Assembly (NCBI GenBank): GCA_038210825.1
Contig: JBBQWG010000036.1
Span: 607-64,606 of the forward strand
Reading direction: 5' to 3'
DNA length: 64,000 nucleotides
Source of the DNA: Verrucomicrobiales bacterium
Lineage (GTDB): Bacteria > Verrucomicrobiota > Verrucomicrobiia > Verrucomicrobiales > V1-33
The notes under the pieces are model-generated. The model saw only the letters and a program-made list of their open reading frames with translations. It did not search any database and was not told where the DNA came from. Positions within the stretch are counted from its first letter, which is position 1; each line of letters opens with the position of its first letter. Below, piece by piece: positions 48,473-59,039 of this stretch. Position numbers and translations under genes: made by a program.

Positions 48473-49513
48473 CTACTCGATGCCGGGACGCTCCACGACG
48501 AGGCGGTAGTAGGCCGCAGATTTGGCCCCGATGGTTTCCTTGACCGTGACTTTTTGGCGGTCTCCTTGACGCTCATTCACTAAATCCAGCGATTCTGACG
48601 ATGTGACCCACTCGCCCGTCGGATGCCGTGTGGCCAGGGGACGCCAGCCGGTGGACAGGTTCCCGGAACACTCCACCCGCAGCACTACATCCGGAAGGGC
48701 AGGATTGTGGAAAAGATCGAGGACGACCTGGTTTCCATCAATCCGCTGTTTGAAGGCATCATATCCGTCATTGAGGGAAGCCTGCAGGCCAAGGGCATAT
48801 TCACCCAGATTGCTCCAGCGGTCGCCATCGGCATTTACGGTGTCGCCGGCCACTTCGGGATTGGTTGCCTGAGCCCCGAAGGCCTGCTGCTGCCAGACTT
48901 CATAACTACCCACGGTGACGGTAAAGGATGCCGAGGTGCGGTTCCCGGACGGATCGGTGGCCGTGTAAGTAACGATCGTGGAGCCCGCCGGAAAGCGAAA
49001 TCCGGAGGGGTGGGAACTGGTCAGGGTTACGGTATTGCTGTTGTCCGTGGCCAGGGGCTCGGTCCAGGTGACCACGGCGGTAGCGCCACCAGGACTGTCA
49101 GGCACGGTGACAATGTTGGAAGGAAGACCTGTCAGAATGGGATTTACGGTATCTGCGGCTGGAGTGACAATCACTTCCAGTTCGGTTGAAGGCAGGCTCT
49201 CAAGGCCGGCGGTATTGTAGGCAATGGCGACCACGTAGAACGTCCGGGGTCCCGTTCCGGGGATGACGGCCATGGTGTTGTTGCCTGCTTCCACCACATT
49301 CGGGTAAGTGCCGCGCTGGTCACCAAACAACAGACGGTAGCCGATGACATCCGGCTCCGGATTCGCGTCCCATGCAATCGTGACGTCATAGGGCCCGGTG
49401 GCGTCCTCCGCCCCGGCCCGGGCAGAGCCCAGCCCCAACAGGACCATGGCGGCCACCCAACTGGACCGGCGGAAAAATCGCGGGGCAGACGCAAAAATAG
49501 GGTGGAAGAACAT
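48473..49513 (-). CDS. Secreted FN3 + HYR domain protein with PVC-type C-terminal domain
   Basis: VTIAWDANPEPDVIGY...AYNTAGLES (FN3); VTWTEPLATDNS...FPAGSTIVTYTATDPSGN (HYR); ends YYRLVVERPGIE. Confidence 0.85.
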   Translation of the reverse strand: MFFHPIFASAPRFFRRSSWVAAMVLLGLGSARAGAEDATGPYDVTIAWDANPEPDVIGYRLLFGDQRGTYPNVVEAGNNTMAVIPGTGPRTFYVVAIAYNTAGLESLPSTELEVIVTPAADTVNPILTGLPSNIVTVPDSPGGATAVVTWTEPLATDNSNTVTLTSSHPSGFRFPAGSTIVTYTATDPSGNRTSASFTVTVGSYEVWQQQAFGAQATNPEVAGDTVNADGDRWSNLGEYALGLQASLNDGYDAFKQRIDGNQVVLDLFHNPALPDVVLRVECSGNLSTGWRPLATRHPTGEWVTSSESLDLVNERQGDRQKVTVKETIGAKSAAYYRLVVERPGIE

Positions 49514-49757
49514 TCCAGTAAATTACGATGATTATGGTAATTACGCAAGAATTAATTTTTATTCCTTTTGGGCCGGCCCACTCCTCGACACAGCGGGCAG
49601 GACCCGCCAAGGCCATGCTGCATGGACCAGTCTGGGAGGAAATGGCCCGGCGGCGCCGGATTAAAACCAGTTTAAGGCGGCATAGGATGGATGCGCCGGT
49701 CAGCGTTGCAGCCTGACGAAAAAGGTGGTCCGACCCGGCGTATACCGGCTCAAGCCC

Positions 49758-51143
49758 ATGGCCCGTTCTATGTTCGTAATTATGCCTTTCAGGCTCCGCC
49801 TGTTTGCTGCCTTGCTTCTGTTGCCTCTGCCGGTGATGGGCGGGAGTGTGGATGCGGCCCTTGCAATGCGGCTGCTCAAGACCAATTGCCTTTCCTGCCA
49901 CAATGAGGAGAAGCGAAAAGGGGGACTCGCTCTATCCTCGCGGGAAGCCCTGCTGGCAGGAGGCGATGCCGGCGTGGCGGTGGTGGCAGGAAAACCAGAG
50001 GAAAGTCCGCTCATCCAATTGTTATCGGCATCGGCTGATCCCCACATGCCGCCGAAAAAGCAACTCACCCAGGCCCAGATCACTCTGATGGGAGAGTGGG
50101 TGCGGCAGGGGATCCTTTGGGACGCGGCGGCCCTTGCGGGGCAGACTCCGTCCCGTCCCGTGGTCCTGTCAGCACTGCCGCCTAACTACCGGCCGGTCAT
50201 GGCGGTGGCGCTCTCGCCGGATGGCCGGCATCTTGCGGTTGGCTGTGGCCATGAGTTGGTCATGTTCAGTCAGGATGCGAAGGGACTGGTCTACCAAACC
50301 AAGGCCCATGCGCATCTGGATCCGGTGCAGTCCATTGCCTGGATGCCGGATGGGAAGACTCTGGTGACAGGCGCATTCCGCCGGGTCGTGGTCTGGGAAG
50401 CGGAACCCCTTAGACAAAAGCGTGAGATCGTTTCCGGCCTGACGGACCGGATCACCGCGGTCCTCGCCGGTCCCGGACCCGGGCGGGTGTTGCTCGCCGA
50501 CGGGCTGGTGGCGGAAAGTGGCGTGGTCCGCGAGTTGGACCCAGTGTCAGGAGAAATAGTCCGGTCGTGGACCGCCCATGATGACACCATTTTTGCCATG
50601 GCCCTGAGCAGTGACGGCAAACACCTGGCCACCGCCGGGGGAGACAAACTGGTCAAATTGTGGGATCCGGCCACGGGCAAGGAACTGGCCCGGCTGGAGG
50701 GCCACTCATCACAAGTGCTCAGCCTTGCATTCCATCCCGATGGATCGCAGTTGGTCACCGGCGGGGCGGACCGCCAATTGAAAGTATGGAATGTGGCGAC
50801 GCGGGAAAATGTGGTGGCTTTTTCCAGCAAGGCCAGTGCCTTCAATGCTCTGCACTGGGGAGAAGGCGGGGCGGCAGTTTTTGCGGTGCTGGACGACGGC
50901 GCGGTGCTGAAATATACCGGCCTCATAAGCCACACCGGGGCCCAGAGTTCGGACAGCGGCCACGAAAAACGCATCGGTGAGGCGGCCTCAGCGCTTTATG
51001 CGCTTGCGGTGGATGCCACCGATGGCCGGATTATTGCCGGCACGCGGGAAGGGCGGATCCTCGCATGGAACAAGGAAGGGAAACTCACGGAGGACTTGCC
51101 CGCTTCCCCAACACAAGCCGCCACGACCCCGACTTCCCCATGA
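49758..51143 (+). CDS. Planctomycete cytochrome c domain + WD40 repeat protein (module 1)
   Basis: CLSCH...KGGL...GKPEES...MPP...WVRQG, followed by WD40 repeats (GGDKLVKLWD). Start could be 49758, 49770 or 49782. Confidence 0.88.
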   Translation: MARSMFVIMPFRLRLFAALLLLPLPVMGGSVDAALAMRLLKTNCLSCHNEEKRKGGLALSSREALLAGGDAGVAVVAGKPEESPLIQLLSASADPHMPPKKQLTQAQITLMGEWVRQGILWDAAALAGQTPSRPVVLSALPPNYRPVMAVALSPDGRHLAVGCGHELVMFSQDAKGLVYQTKAHAHLDPVQSIAWMPDGKTLVTGAFRRVVVWEAEPLRQKREIVSGLTDRITAVLAGPGPGRVLLADGLVAESGVVRELDPVSGEIVRSWTAHDDTIFAMALSSDGKHLATAGGDKLVKLWDPATGKELARLEGHSSQVLSLAFHPDGSQLVTGGADRQLKVWNVATRENVVAFSSKASAFNALHWGEGGAAVFAVLDDGAVLKYTGLISHTGAQSSDSGHEKRIGEAASALYALAVDATDGRIIAGTREGRILAWNKEGKLTEDLPASPTQAATTPTSP

Positions 51144-53641
51144 ATTATTTCAGTCACATCCGGCCTGCGGCCGCCAGTCTGGTCTTGTTTCTGACCGGAA
51201 CGGGCGGCCATGGCGCGGAGGCACCGGTTCCCGGGAGCTTGCCTCCGGAAACCGCTGCGGTCACCGGCATTCTGCTGGAACCTGCGGTGCTCCGTGTGGA
51301 AGCCGGACGCTCCCTGACTTTTCTCGTGACTGCCCGCCTCGCGGACGGATTTGAGGCCGACATCACCAGCCCCGCCGTGGTGACCCTCAGCGATCCTGAC
51401 AAAGCATCAGCAGGAGAGCCGGGGGTAATCCATGGCAAGGCTCCGGGCACGGTGATTCTCACGGCGGTTCACGGCCTCCACCGGGTGGAAGTGCCGGTGG
51501 AAGTGCTTCCATCGTCGGGTGAGCCGCCTTCCTTCGTGGGCGATGTCCTGCCCATTTTGGGAAAATCCGGATGCAATGCCGGGGCCTGTCATGCCAAAGC
51601 CGATGGGCAGAATGGTCTGCGCCTGACCATTTTTTCCTTCGACCCCCAGTCCGATTACCGGAACATTGTGGACGGAGCCCGGGGCCGCCGGGTCTTTCCT
51701 GCCGACCCGCCCGAAAGCCTGCTGCTGCTCAAGGCCACCCAGAGCGTGCCGCATGAGGGCGGAGCCCGCTTCGAACGCGGCTCGGAGGCATGGCACACCC
51801 TCGTCTCATGGATCGGATCCGGCATGACCTGGCAAAATGCCGGCGAACCGGCCCTGGCTTCCGTTTCCGTCCTGCCATCAACCCGCCGCTACCGCAAAGG
51901 AGCTGTCCAGCGGCTCGTGGTCAAGGCCCACTACACCGATGGGTCGGTCCGCGACGTCACGGCCCTCGCCCAGTTTGAGAGCAATAACAAGGAAGCCGCC
52001 ATCGTCAGCGAAGACGGCCGCATCACTGCGGGCCCCTCCTCCGGGCAGGCCGTGGTGGTGGCCCGCTTTATGGGCATGGTGGGGGGATCCCAGGTGCTGG
52101 TCCCGGAGGACCGGTTGTTGCCTGCAGGCGACTATCAATCGCTGCCGGTGCATAATTTTGTCGATGAACTGTCATGGAAGCACTTCCAGCAGTTGGGACT
52201 GCTCCCGTCCGGGCTCTGTTCGGACAGCGAGTTCCTGCGGCGGGCCACCCTCGACACGCTCGGGGTCCTGCCTGCGCCGGAAGAGGCGGCGGGCTTTCTG
52301 GCGGATCCTGATCCTGACAAACGCATCAAGGCGGTCGAACGGCTCCTGCAGCACCCGGCCTGGGCCGATCATCAGGCGGCCAAATGGGCGGATCTGTTGC
52401 GGCCCAACCCGGACCGGGCCGGAGTCAAAAGCGTATATCTGCTCGACCAGTGGCTTCGCGAAAGCTTCCGGCATAACAAGCCCTTCGACCAGTTAGTCCG
52501 GGAAATTGTGGTCGCCCAGGGCAATACCCACCGGTTCGGGCCGGCGGTGATCTACCGTGACCGGCGCGAGCCGGAGGACCTCACCACGATGTTCAGTCAG
52601 GTTTTCCTTGGGGTTCGCCTCGATTGTGCAAGGTGCCACCACCACCCCAATGAAAAGTGGAGTCAGGAGGACTTTTACCGCATGGCGGCCTTTTTCGGGC
52701 CCCTCAAACAAAAGGGTGGTGGCATCTCGGCGCCCATCTCCGGAGGGAATGAAACCTTTTTTGTTTCGGCAGGCCGTCCCCTCAAGCACCCGGTCACCGG
52801 TGAAGTCATGCAACCCAAGCCACCCGACGGTCCTGCTCCCACGGTGGTGGAAGGACAGGACCCGCGCCGGGCGCTGGCAGACTGGATGCTGCACCCTGAC
52901 AACCCCTTCTTTGCCCGGGCCATGGCCAACCGTCTCTGGGCGTCGTTTTTTGGCCGGGGCCTGGTCGATCCGGTGGATGACTTCCGCTTGTCCAACCCGC
53001 CTTCCCATCCCGCGCTGCTCGATGCCCTGGCGGCGGAGCTGGTCCGGGTGAAATTCGATGGCAAGGCCCTTGCCCGCACCATCCTGCAATCCCGGCTCTA
53101 TCAACTCAGCAGCCGGCCCAATGCCACCAATGCGGCGGACACCCGCCATTTTTCCCGCGCCTACCGGCGGCGGCTCGGGGCCGAGACCATGGCGGATGCC
53201 ATCGCGGATATCACCGGCGTGCCGACCAAATACCCCGGGCTGCCGGAGGGTTCGCGGGCGGTCCAGGCATGGACCTACAAGATTGACTCCCGGACCATGG
53301 ACGCCTTTGGCAGGCCGAATTCCAGCAGTGACTGTCCCTGCGAACGCAATCTGAAGCCTTCCATCGGACAGGCCCTGCATCTGATGAACTCGGAAGTGCT
53401 CCAGGGCAAACTCTCCAGCAGGGAAACCGCCAGCCGGGTGCAGCGCCTCGCCGCCAGCACCCTGCCGCCGTCCGCTGTCGTCTCTGAACTTTACCTTGCC
53501 TGTTATGGGCGGCTTCCGGATGAAGAGGAAAGCTGCGTCGCCACCGCCGCGTTTACCGGAGATCCGGCCGGGCGGCGGCAGGCCATCGAGGACATCCTCT
53601 GGGCCCTGCTCAATTCCGCTGAATTTGTTTTCAATCACTAG
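51140..53641 (+). CDS. DUF1549/DUF1553 protein with Ig-like domains (module 1)
   Basis: CNAGACH, EFLRRATLD, CARCHHHP, NRLWASFFGRGLVDPVDD, CPCER, LWALLNSAEFVFNH. ATGA overlap with the upstream gene. Confidence 0.92.
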   Translation: MNYFSHIRPAAASLVLFLTGTGGHGAEAPVPGSLPPETAAVTGILLEPAVLRVEAGRSLTFLVTARLADGFEADITSPAVVTLSDPDKASAGEPGVIHGKAPGTVILTAVHGLHRVEVPVEVLPSSGEPPSFVGDVLPILGKSGCNAGACHAKADGQNGLRLTIFSFDPQSDYRNIVDGARGRRVFPADPPESLLLLKATQSVPHEGGARFERGSEAWHTLVSWIGSGMTWQNAGEPALASVSVLPSTRRYRKGAVQRLVVKAHYTDGSVRDVTALAQFESNNKEAAIVSEDGRITAGPSSGQAVVVARFMGMVGGSQVLVPEDRLLPAGDYQSLPVHNFVDELSWKHFQQLGLLPSGLCSDSEFLRRATLDTLGVLPAPEEAAGFLADPDPDKRIKAVERLLQHPAWADHQAAKWADLLRPNPDRAGVKSVYLLDQWLRESFRHNKPFDQLVREIVVAQGNTHRFGPAVIYRDRREPEDLTTMFSQVFLGVRLDCARCHHHPNEKWSQEDFYRMAAFFGPLKQKGGGISAPISGGNETFFVSAGRPLKHPVTGEVMQPKPPDGPAPTVVEGQDPRRALADWMLHPDNPFFARAMANRLWASFFGRGLVDPVDDFRLSNPPSHPALLDALAAELVRVKFDGKALARTILQSRLYQLSSRPNATNAADTRHFSRAYRRRLGAETMADAIADITGVPTKYPGLPEGSRAVQAWTYKIDSRTMDAFGRPNSSSDCPCERNLKPSIGQALHLMNSEVLQGKLSSRETASRVQRLAASTLPPSAVVSELYLACYGRLPDEEESCVATAAFTGDPAGRRQAIEDILWALLNSAEFVFNH

Positions 53642-53664
53642 CTCTATCACCTATTCCCATACCC

Positions 53665-54996
53665 ATGGCCATTCATCAAAACTGTGACGGCACCCTGCGC
53701 CGCGACTTCCTCCAGTTGGGATTGCGTGGCCTCATGGGCTACGGACTCTGCGACCTGATGCGCTTCAAGGCCCAGGCCGCAGCCGCCGCGGGCACTTTGC
53801 CCAAAAACATCAACTGCATCATGATCTGGTTGGATGGGGGTCCCTCCCATTTCGAAACCTTTGACCCCAAGCCCGGAGCCCCGGCGGAGATCCGCGGCAC
53901 TTTTCCCACCGTGGCCACCAGCGTGCCCGGGGTGCATTTCAGCGAACCGGTCAGCAAACTGGCGGGAGTGTTCGACAAGTTCACGGTGGTGCGGTCCATC
54001 GCCCACCGCGACCCTAACCATGGAGGCGGGAACCATTACATGATGACCGGAGCCCCCACCCCGGTGCCGGTCGGCTGTGGAGCTTTTGTCACGTTCCATC
54101 CCTCCATGGGTTCCATGGTTTCCCACAGCCGGGGAGTGCAGGGGGGCCTTCCCGCCTACATGGCCATGCCTTCCAACACCCGGTCCGGAGGACCCAATTT
54201 CCTCGGAGGCCAGCACGCCCCGTTTATTATTCCCGGTGGTCCCAATGCCAAATCCTTCCGGGTCAATGACGTCGTCCTGCCTGCGGACATTGCGGAGGGC
54301 AGGGTGCAGTCGCGCCGCCATCTGCGGGAGGCCCTCGACCGCATGCAGCGCAGCAACGACAAGCTGGTGGAGGACCCTGCCGTGGAATTCGACCGCTTTT
54401 ATGAGCAGGGATTCGACCTCGTCTCGTCGGCCCGGGCGCAGGAAGCTTTTGATATCAGCCGGGAGGATCCCAAGGTCCGGGAACGTTATGGCCGCAACGA
54501 TATGGGCCAGCGTTTTCTGCTGGCCCGGCGGCTGGTGGAGGTGGGCGTTTCCTGGGTCACGGTCAATTGGGGGGGCTGGGACCATCACAATGAAATCGAA
54601 ACCGCCTACAAGGGCGACTCCCTCAAATCCCTCGACCAAGGGGTGTCGGCCCTCCTGACAGATCTGGACGAACGCGGGCTGCTGGACACCACCCTGGTCC
54701 TGCTGCTGGGGGAATTCGGCCGCACTCCCAAGATCAATGAGCGTGGCGGCCGGGATCACTGGCCGCATGCCATGTCCGTGCTGATGGCCGGAGCCGGCAT
54801 TCCCGGCGGCCAGATTGTGGGGGCCACCGATGCCCGCGGGTATTATGCTTCCGAAAACGTCTACCGGCCCGAGGACTTTGCGGCTTCCATCTATACCAAA
54901 ATGGGCATCGATCCCCACCAGCATCTCGAGACCACCGCCGGCCGGCCGGTGCAACTGGTCAATGATGGACGCTTGATCCGGGAACTGTTTGTCTAA
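53665..54996 (+). CDS. DUF1501 family protein (module 1)
   Basis: RRDFL twin-Arg motif, GGPSHFETFDPKP, LARRLVE, WDHH, GEFGRTP, GRDHW. Confidence 0.93.
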   Translation: MAIHQNCDGTLRRDFLQLGLRGLMGYGLCDLMRFKAQAAAAAGTLPKNINCIMIWLDGGPSHFETFDPKPGAPAEIRGTFPTVATSVPGVHFSEPVSKLAGVFDKFTVVRSIAHRDPNHGGGNHYMMTGAPTPVPVGCGAFVTFHPSMGSMVSHSRGVQGGLPAYMAMPSNTRSGGPNFLGGQHAPFIIPGGPNAKSFRVNDVVLPADIAEGRVQSRRHLREALDRMQRSNDKLVEDPAVEFDRFYEQGFDLVSSARAQEAFDISREDPKVRERYGRNDMGQRFLLARRLVEVGVSWVTVNWGGWDHHNEIETAYKGDSLKSLDQGVSALLTDLDERGLLDTTLVLLLGEFGRTPKINERGGRDHWPHAMSVLMAGAGIPGGQIVGATDARGYYASENVYRPEDFAASIYTKMGIDPHQHLETTAGRPVQLVNDGRLIRELFV

Positions 54997-54999
54997 CCG

Positions 55000-56637
55000 A
55001 TGCGTGCCATTTTTTCAGGGACCCTCGGGCTGGCCGCAGGCGGCATGGCCCTGACGGCCGCAGAGCCGGTCCTGACCCATGTGCATCCGGCCGCCCTGCA
55101 GGCCGGAACCACCGGCGTGGTCAGTCTTGCCGGCACGTTTGACCCATGGCCCTGCCAAATCCATGCCTCCATGACCGGGCTGACTTTTGTGCCGCAAAAG
55201 GACCCCGGAAATTTCGAAGTGACCGTCGCCGCTTCAGTCCCTCCGGGCCCCTGTCTGCTGCGGGCCTACAATGACGATGGGGCCTCAGCCCCGGTGGCCT
55301 TCATGATCGCCGCCAGCCCGCAAACCCTGGAGACCGAGCCCAACGACGATTTCCGGAGTCCCCAGATCCTGACATCTCAGACCGGGACGCTGAATGGCCG
55401 GCTGGACAAAGCCGATGATGTGGATTCCTATCAGATATCCCTGCGGGCCGGACAAACCTTCGTCGCCTGGGCCGAGGCTCATGTCCTGGCCGCCGGATTT
55501 GATGCCATGCTGCGCCTTGTCGATGCCCACGGCAGCACCCTTGCTTTCAATCACGACGGCCCGTCCTCGATAGATCCCGTGCTGGTGTTCACGGCCCCCG
55601 TGGAGGGAGCCTACACCATCCAGATCATGGGCCACAAGTATCCGGCGGCGAGTGATATCCGTTTTGCCGGGGGCAAGGATTGCGTTTACCGGCTGCACTT
55701 TTCTACGGGTCCTCTGGTAAGGCACCCCTGGCCCTTGGCCGCTCCAAAAGAGGGCATGGTGTCGGTGGCGGGATGGAACCTGACGGGCCAGCGCATCGCC
55801 TGGCATCCTGACACGGCATTTTTGTATCCGATGGAGCCGGGTTTCCCGGTGGAATGGACGGAGGCCTCCGTGCCGGGCTTCCTAACCCCTTCCTCGGCGG
55901 TCAGCGGACAGATTTCGGCTCCCGGAGAGGAGGACCGGTATCCCTTCAAGGCGGCCAAAGACGAAACCCTTGAATTTTTCGTCACCGGACCGGGTCTGGG
56001 ATCGGAGATTGATCCATGGGTGAAGATCCGGAATGGCGAAGGCAAGGAACTGGCAAGCAATGATGATGCAGCGGGCAGCACGGAGTCCCGACTGGAGTGG
56101 AAAGCACCGGAGGATGGCGTTTTCTTCGCCGCCGTCGGCGACCTCACACAGCGCGGGGGACCTGACTATTATTACCGCCTGGCCCTGAGCCGTCCCGCAC
56201 CCGGAGTCACGGCCACCTCAGAGCCTCATGCATTTAAAATCAAAGCCGGCGAGTCGGTGCCGATCAAAGTCAAAGTCGGTTTTTCCCACGGCTTTGCCGT
56301 CCCCTTGACGCTGCAGGCGCGTTGCTTGCCCGAAGGAGTGACGGCGGCTCCCGCTACAATACCGCCGGGGGGAGGCGAAGTTGAACTAACACTCAAGGCG
56401 CCGGATGCCGCCAGCCCGGCCTCCCAGCCCTTCCAGTTGGTGCTCCAACCCGCCTCCGGCTTGCCGGAATTTTTTGTGGTGCACCGCCTGATCTCCACCT
56501 CGGAAAACAACGGCGTGCCCCAGGGTTTTAAGAAACTGCTCATCCCGGAGACGCAGGAATTCTGGCTTACCGTCAGTGCGCCCCCGGCCCCGGTCCCGCC
56601 CAAGGATGCCACTCCGCCCGCTCCACCCCCGCCCTGA
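55000..56637 (+). CDS. PPC (pre-peptidase C-terminal) repeat protein (module 1)
   Basis: ETEPND, NGRLDKADDVDSY, SGQISAPGEEDRY, ASNDD, YRL; no protease domain. Confidence 0.85.
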   Translation: MRAIFSGTLGLAAGGMALTAAEPVLTHVHPAALQAGTTGVVSLAGTFDPWPCQIHASMTGLTFVPQKDPGNFEVTVAASVPPGPCLLRAYNDDGASAPVAFMIAASPQTLETEPNDDFRSPQILTSQTGTLNGRLDKADDVDSYQISLRAGQTFVAWAEAHVLAAGFDAMLRLVDAHGSTLAFNHDGPSSIDPVLVFTAPVEGAYTIQIMGHKYPAASDIRFAGGKDCVYRLHFSTGPLVRHPWPLAAPKEGMVSVAGWNLTGQRIAWHPDTAFLYPMEPGFPVEWTEASVPGFLTPSSAVSGQISAPGEEDRYPFKAAKDETLEFFVTGPGLGSEIDPWVKIRNGEGKELASNDDAAGSTESRLEWKAPEDGVFFAAVGDLTQRGGPDYYYRLALSRPAPGVTATSEPHAFKIKAGESVPIKVKVGFSHGFAVPLTLQARCLPEGVTAAPATIPPGGGEVELTLKAPDAASPASQPFQLVLQPASGLPEFFVVHRLISTSENNGVPQGFKKLLIPETQEFWLTVSAPPAPVPPKDATPPAPPPP

Positions 56638-56882
56638 CAGATAACGCCCTCCGCTCCGTGGCTGGTGAATTTCACGTCATCAAAACGCCGCGATTGGAGA
56701 TTTCCTGTTCATCATCACTTTTCCCTGCACGCCACTGGGGACAATCGCTCCCACCTGCCGGATTGTTAAGACCATGGTGGTCTGAAAGTAGGTTAACCAT
56801 TTAGATTAAGTTATAACGCGCTGAAAAATTCTCATCGCCAAAACTCATGGGCTGCCGCAGCCGCAAAAATAGGATAAGTGGT

Positions 56883-59006
56883 CTAGTTCTGGCTGTTTTG
56901 CAGCCGGGCTGGGACAGCGGGAATTTCCGGGACCGCAAGCGGCACACTGTCGAAGGACCTGATGAGCTTACCGTCGGTGGCATCGTGAAACCGGACCTGG
57001 CCGTCGCTGCCGGCCGAGGCGAGGATGTTTTCCACCGGATGGAATGCCAGCGCAAAGATGGAGCCGCCGGTAGAGGGGATCGTGGTTTCCCGTTTGCCGG
57101 ACTCTGTCAGGAAGAGGCGGATCTCCCCGTTCTGGCCGCCGCAGGCCAGACGGGATCCATCCGCATTGAAGGCCACGGCGTGGAGCGGCGTGGCCATGTG
57201 TTCAAACTCGCGCACCGCACTCTCTTCCTTGTCATCGCCTTCCTTGAGCCGGCCTCCGCGGGGAGCCATGCGGTGGAGGCGCACTTTTCCTTCAGTGCCG
57301 GTAAAAGCCACGAGGTCTTCCTTCGGATGCCGGGCCAGAGCGAGGACCGGCTCGCGCGGGCGGGCGGCATCGTCGATCAGATGGCCGCTGGCCACATCGA
57401 TCAGTTTTACCCCGCGGTCGCGGCTGATGGAGATGAGTTTGGATCCATCGTGGGCAAAGGCGGTGCCGAATACCCAGTCGAGGTGGTTGTCGCACTGCAT
57501 CAGGCGGGCTCCGCTGGTGGCGTCGAAGGCCCTCACCAGTTTGTCAGCACCGCCGACCGCGAGACGGGAGCCGTCTTCGGACCATGAGACTCCATACAGC
57601 GTGTCCGGTCCTGCCCGGATGGAGCGGACGAGGCTGCCGGAGGCCACATCCCAAATCTGGATTTCACCAAACTCGGAGGGCGCTCCGCCACTGGCGGCAA
57701 GGAATTTTCCATCGCGGGAAAAGGCCAGGGATTCAATGCGCGGGGAATCCCCCAACCAACGCCCGGTGATGGCACTGCCGTCGCCGCGGTGGACCACGAT
57801 TTCGTGATGCCCGGCCACCGCGAGGAGTGATCCGTCAGGGGAAAAAGCCAGGGCGGGCACGGCGGGCAGCGCGGGGTAAACCGGCAGTTGGTCAGGACGG
57901 CGCGTGCCCAGCCCCTCCGGCGGAGTGTCATCCACCGATCCTTCCGCCACCCAGCGCGAAAGGATGCCCACTTCGGCTTCCGTGAGGGGGGCACCCTCCG
58001 GGGGCATGGCGGGTTCGTCGCCGCTTACTTCCGTGATCAGGGAACTGTCTGCAGGTGTGCCGGGACTGAAGACGGCCCCGTGTTTGCCACCCTTGAGCAT
58101 GGCGGCCATCGAGGTCAGATCCAGCTTGCCTTTTAGCTTGCCGGGACGGTGGCAGGAAACACAGTTCGCCCGCAGCACGGGCCAGACGTCCCGGGCAAAA
58201 CTAACGCCGCCGGATTGCTTGGCGGGTTCTGTCGTCACAGCCACTTTGAGGAGGTAGGAATGCCATTCGCTGCCAAAATCCAAGGCATCCTGGAGGACCA
58301 GAAAAACCGGCCCGTCTGCGGCCGGAGTCACTAACATCGCAGCATCGCGCGCCGTCAGGGAGGCATCGTCCATGGAGGCCAGTGGCTGTCCTGCCGCATC
58401 GTAGGCGGTCAGCAAGGGGTCCAGCAGCGAAGCGGCACCCTGCGCAGTGACGGAAACCTTCAGCGCCTGACCGGCCTTTCCAGCATGGGTGAAGACATCG
58501 ACATCGCGTTGCCCCTTGATCAGCCCGCTCACGCTTTGTCCGGGCTCCAGTTTCATGGCGGAGGAAAATCCTTGATTCGGTTCCTTTTCGTCCTGCAACT
58601 GCGCGGAAGGAACCACCTGCAACAGGACGGGCGCGGCCGGACCGGCAGCAGTCACGACGGACAAGGAGACCGGCCCCGCCGGGAAACCGGCGGAAAGGGT
58701 GAGATCAATGGTCACCTCGCTATCCCCCAACGGATCCTTATCCATCCCGGCCGGCGTTCCGGCGTCCTTTTTTTCCTTGATGGCAATCTTGTCAGGTTGG
58801 GTTTCCCCCCCGACGCGGACTTCGGTGGTTTCCTTCAAGCTGATTCCGCGCAGCCGGACGATGCCGGAAAAACCCTGCGGCACCGCGAGTGGCACCATGG
58901 CGGTGACCTTCGGATCCGGCGGGGGCTTGTCGTTGGCCGGGCTGAATGGCGCAGCCAGCGCGAAGCAACAAAGCGCGGGATAACGGATGGAACGATGATG
59001 GATCAC
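56883..59006 (-). CDS. PPC + planctomycete cytochrome c + WD40 fusion protein (module 2)
   Basis: EKEPN...DVDVF...LLDPLL (PPC); SFARDVWPVLRANCVSCH...MPP; WD40 repeats. Confidence 0.88.
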   Translation of the reverse strand: MIHHRSIRYPALCCFALAAPFSPANDKPPPDPKVTAMVPLAVPQGFSGIVRLRGISLKETTEVRVGGETQPDKIAIKEKKDAGTPAGMDKDPLGDSEVTIDLTLSAGFPAGPVSLSVVTAAGPAAPVLLQVVPSAQLQDEKEPNQGFSSAMKLEPGQSVSGLIKGQRDVDVFTHAGKAGQALKVSVTAQGAASLLDPLLTAYDAAGQPLASMDDASLTARDAAMLVTPAADGPVFLVLQDALDFGSEWHSYLLKVAVTTEPAKQSGGVSFARDVWPVLRANCVSCHRPGKLKGKLDLTSMAAMLKGGKHGAVFSPGTPADSSLITEVSGDEPAMPPEGAPLTEAEVGILSRWVAEGSVDDTPPEGLGTRRPDQLPVYPALPAVPALAFSPDGSLLAVAGHHEIVVHRGDGSAITGRWLGDSPRIESLAFSRDGKFLAASGGAPSEFGEIQIWDVASGSLVRSIRAGPDTLYGVSWSEDGSRLAVGGADKLVRAFDATSGARLMQCDNHLDWVFGTAFAHDGSKLISISRDRGVKLIDVASGHLIDDAARPREPVLALARHPKEDLVAFTGTEGKVRLHRMAPRGGRLKEGDDKEESAVREFEHMATPLHAVAFNADGSRLACGGQNGEIRLFLTESGKRETTIPSTGGSIFALAFHPVENILASAGSDGQVRFHDATDGKLIRSFDSVPLAVPEIPAVPARLQNSQN

Positions 59007-59039
59007 AACAAATGGGGCAGGGGAGGGTATCCCGGCCGT

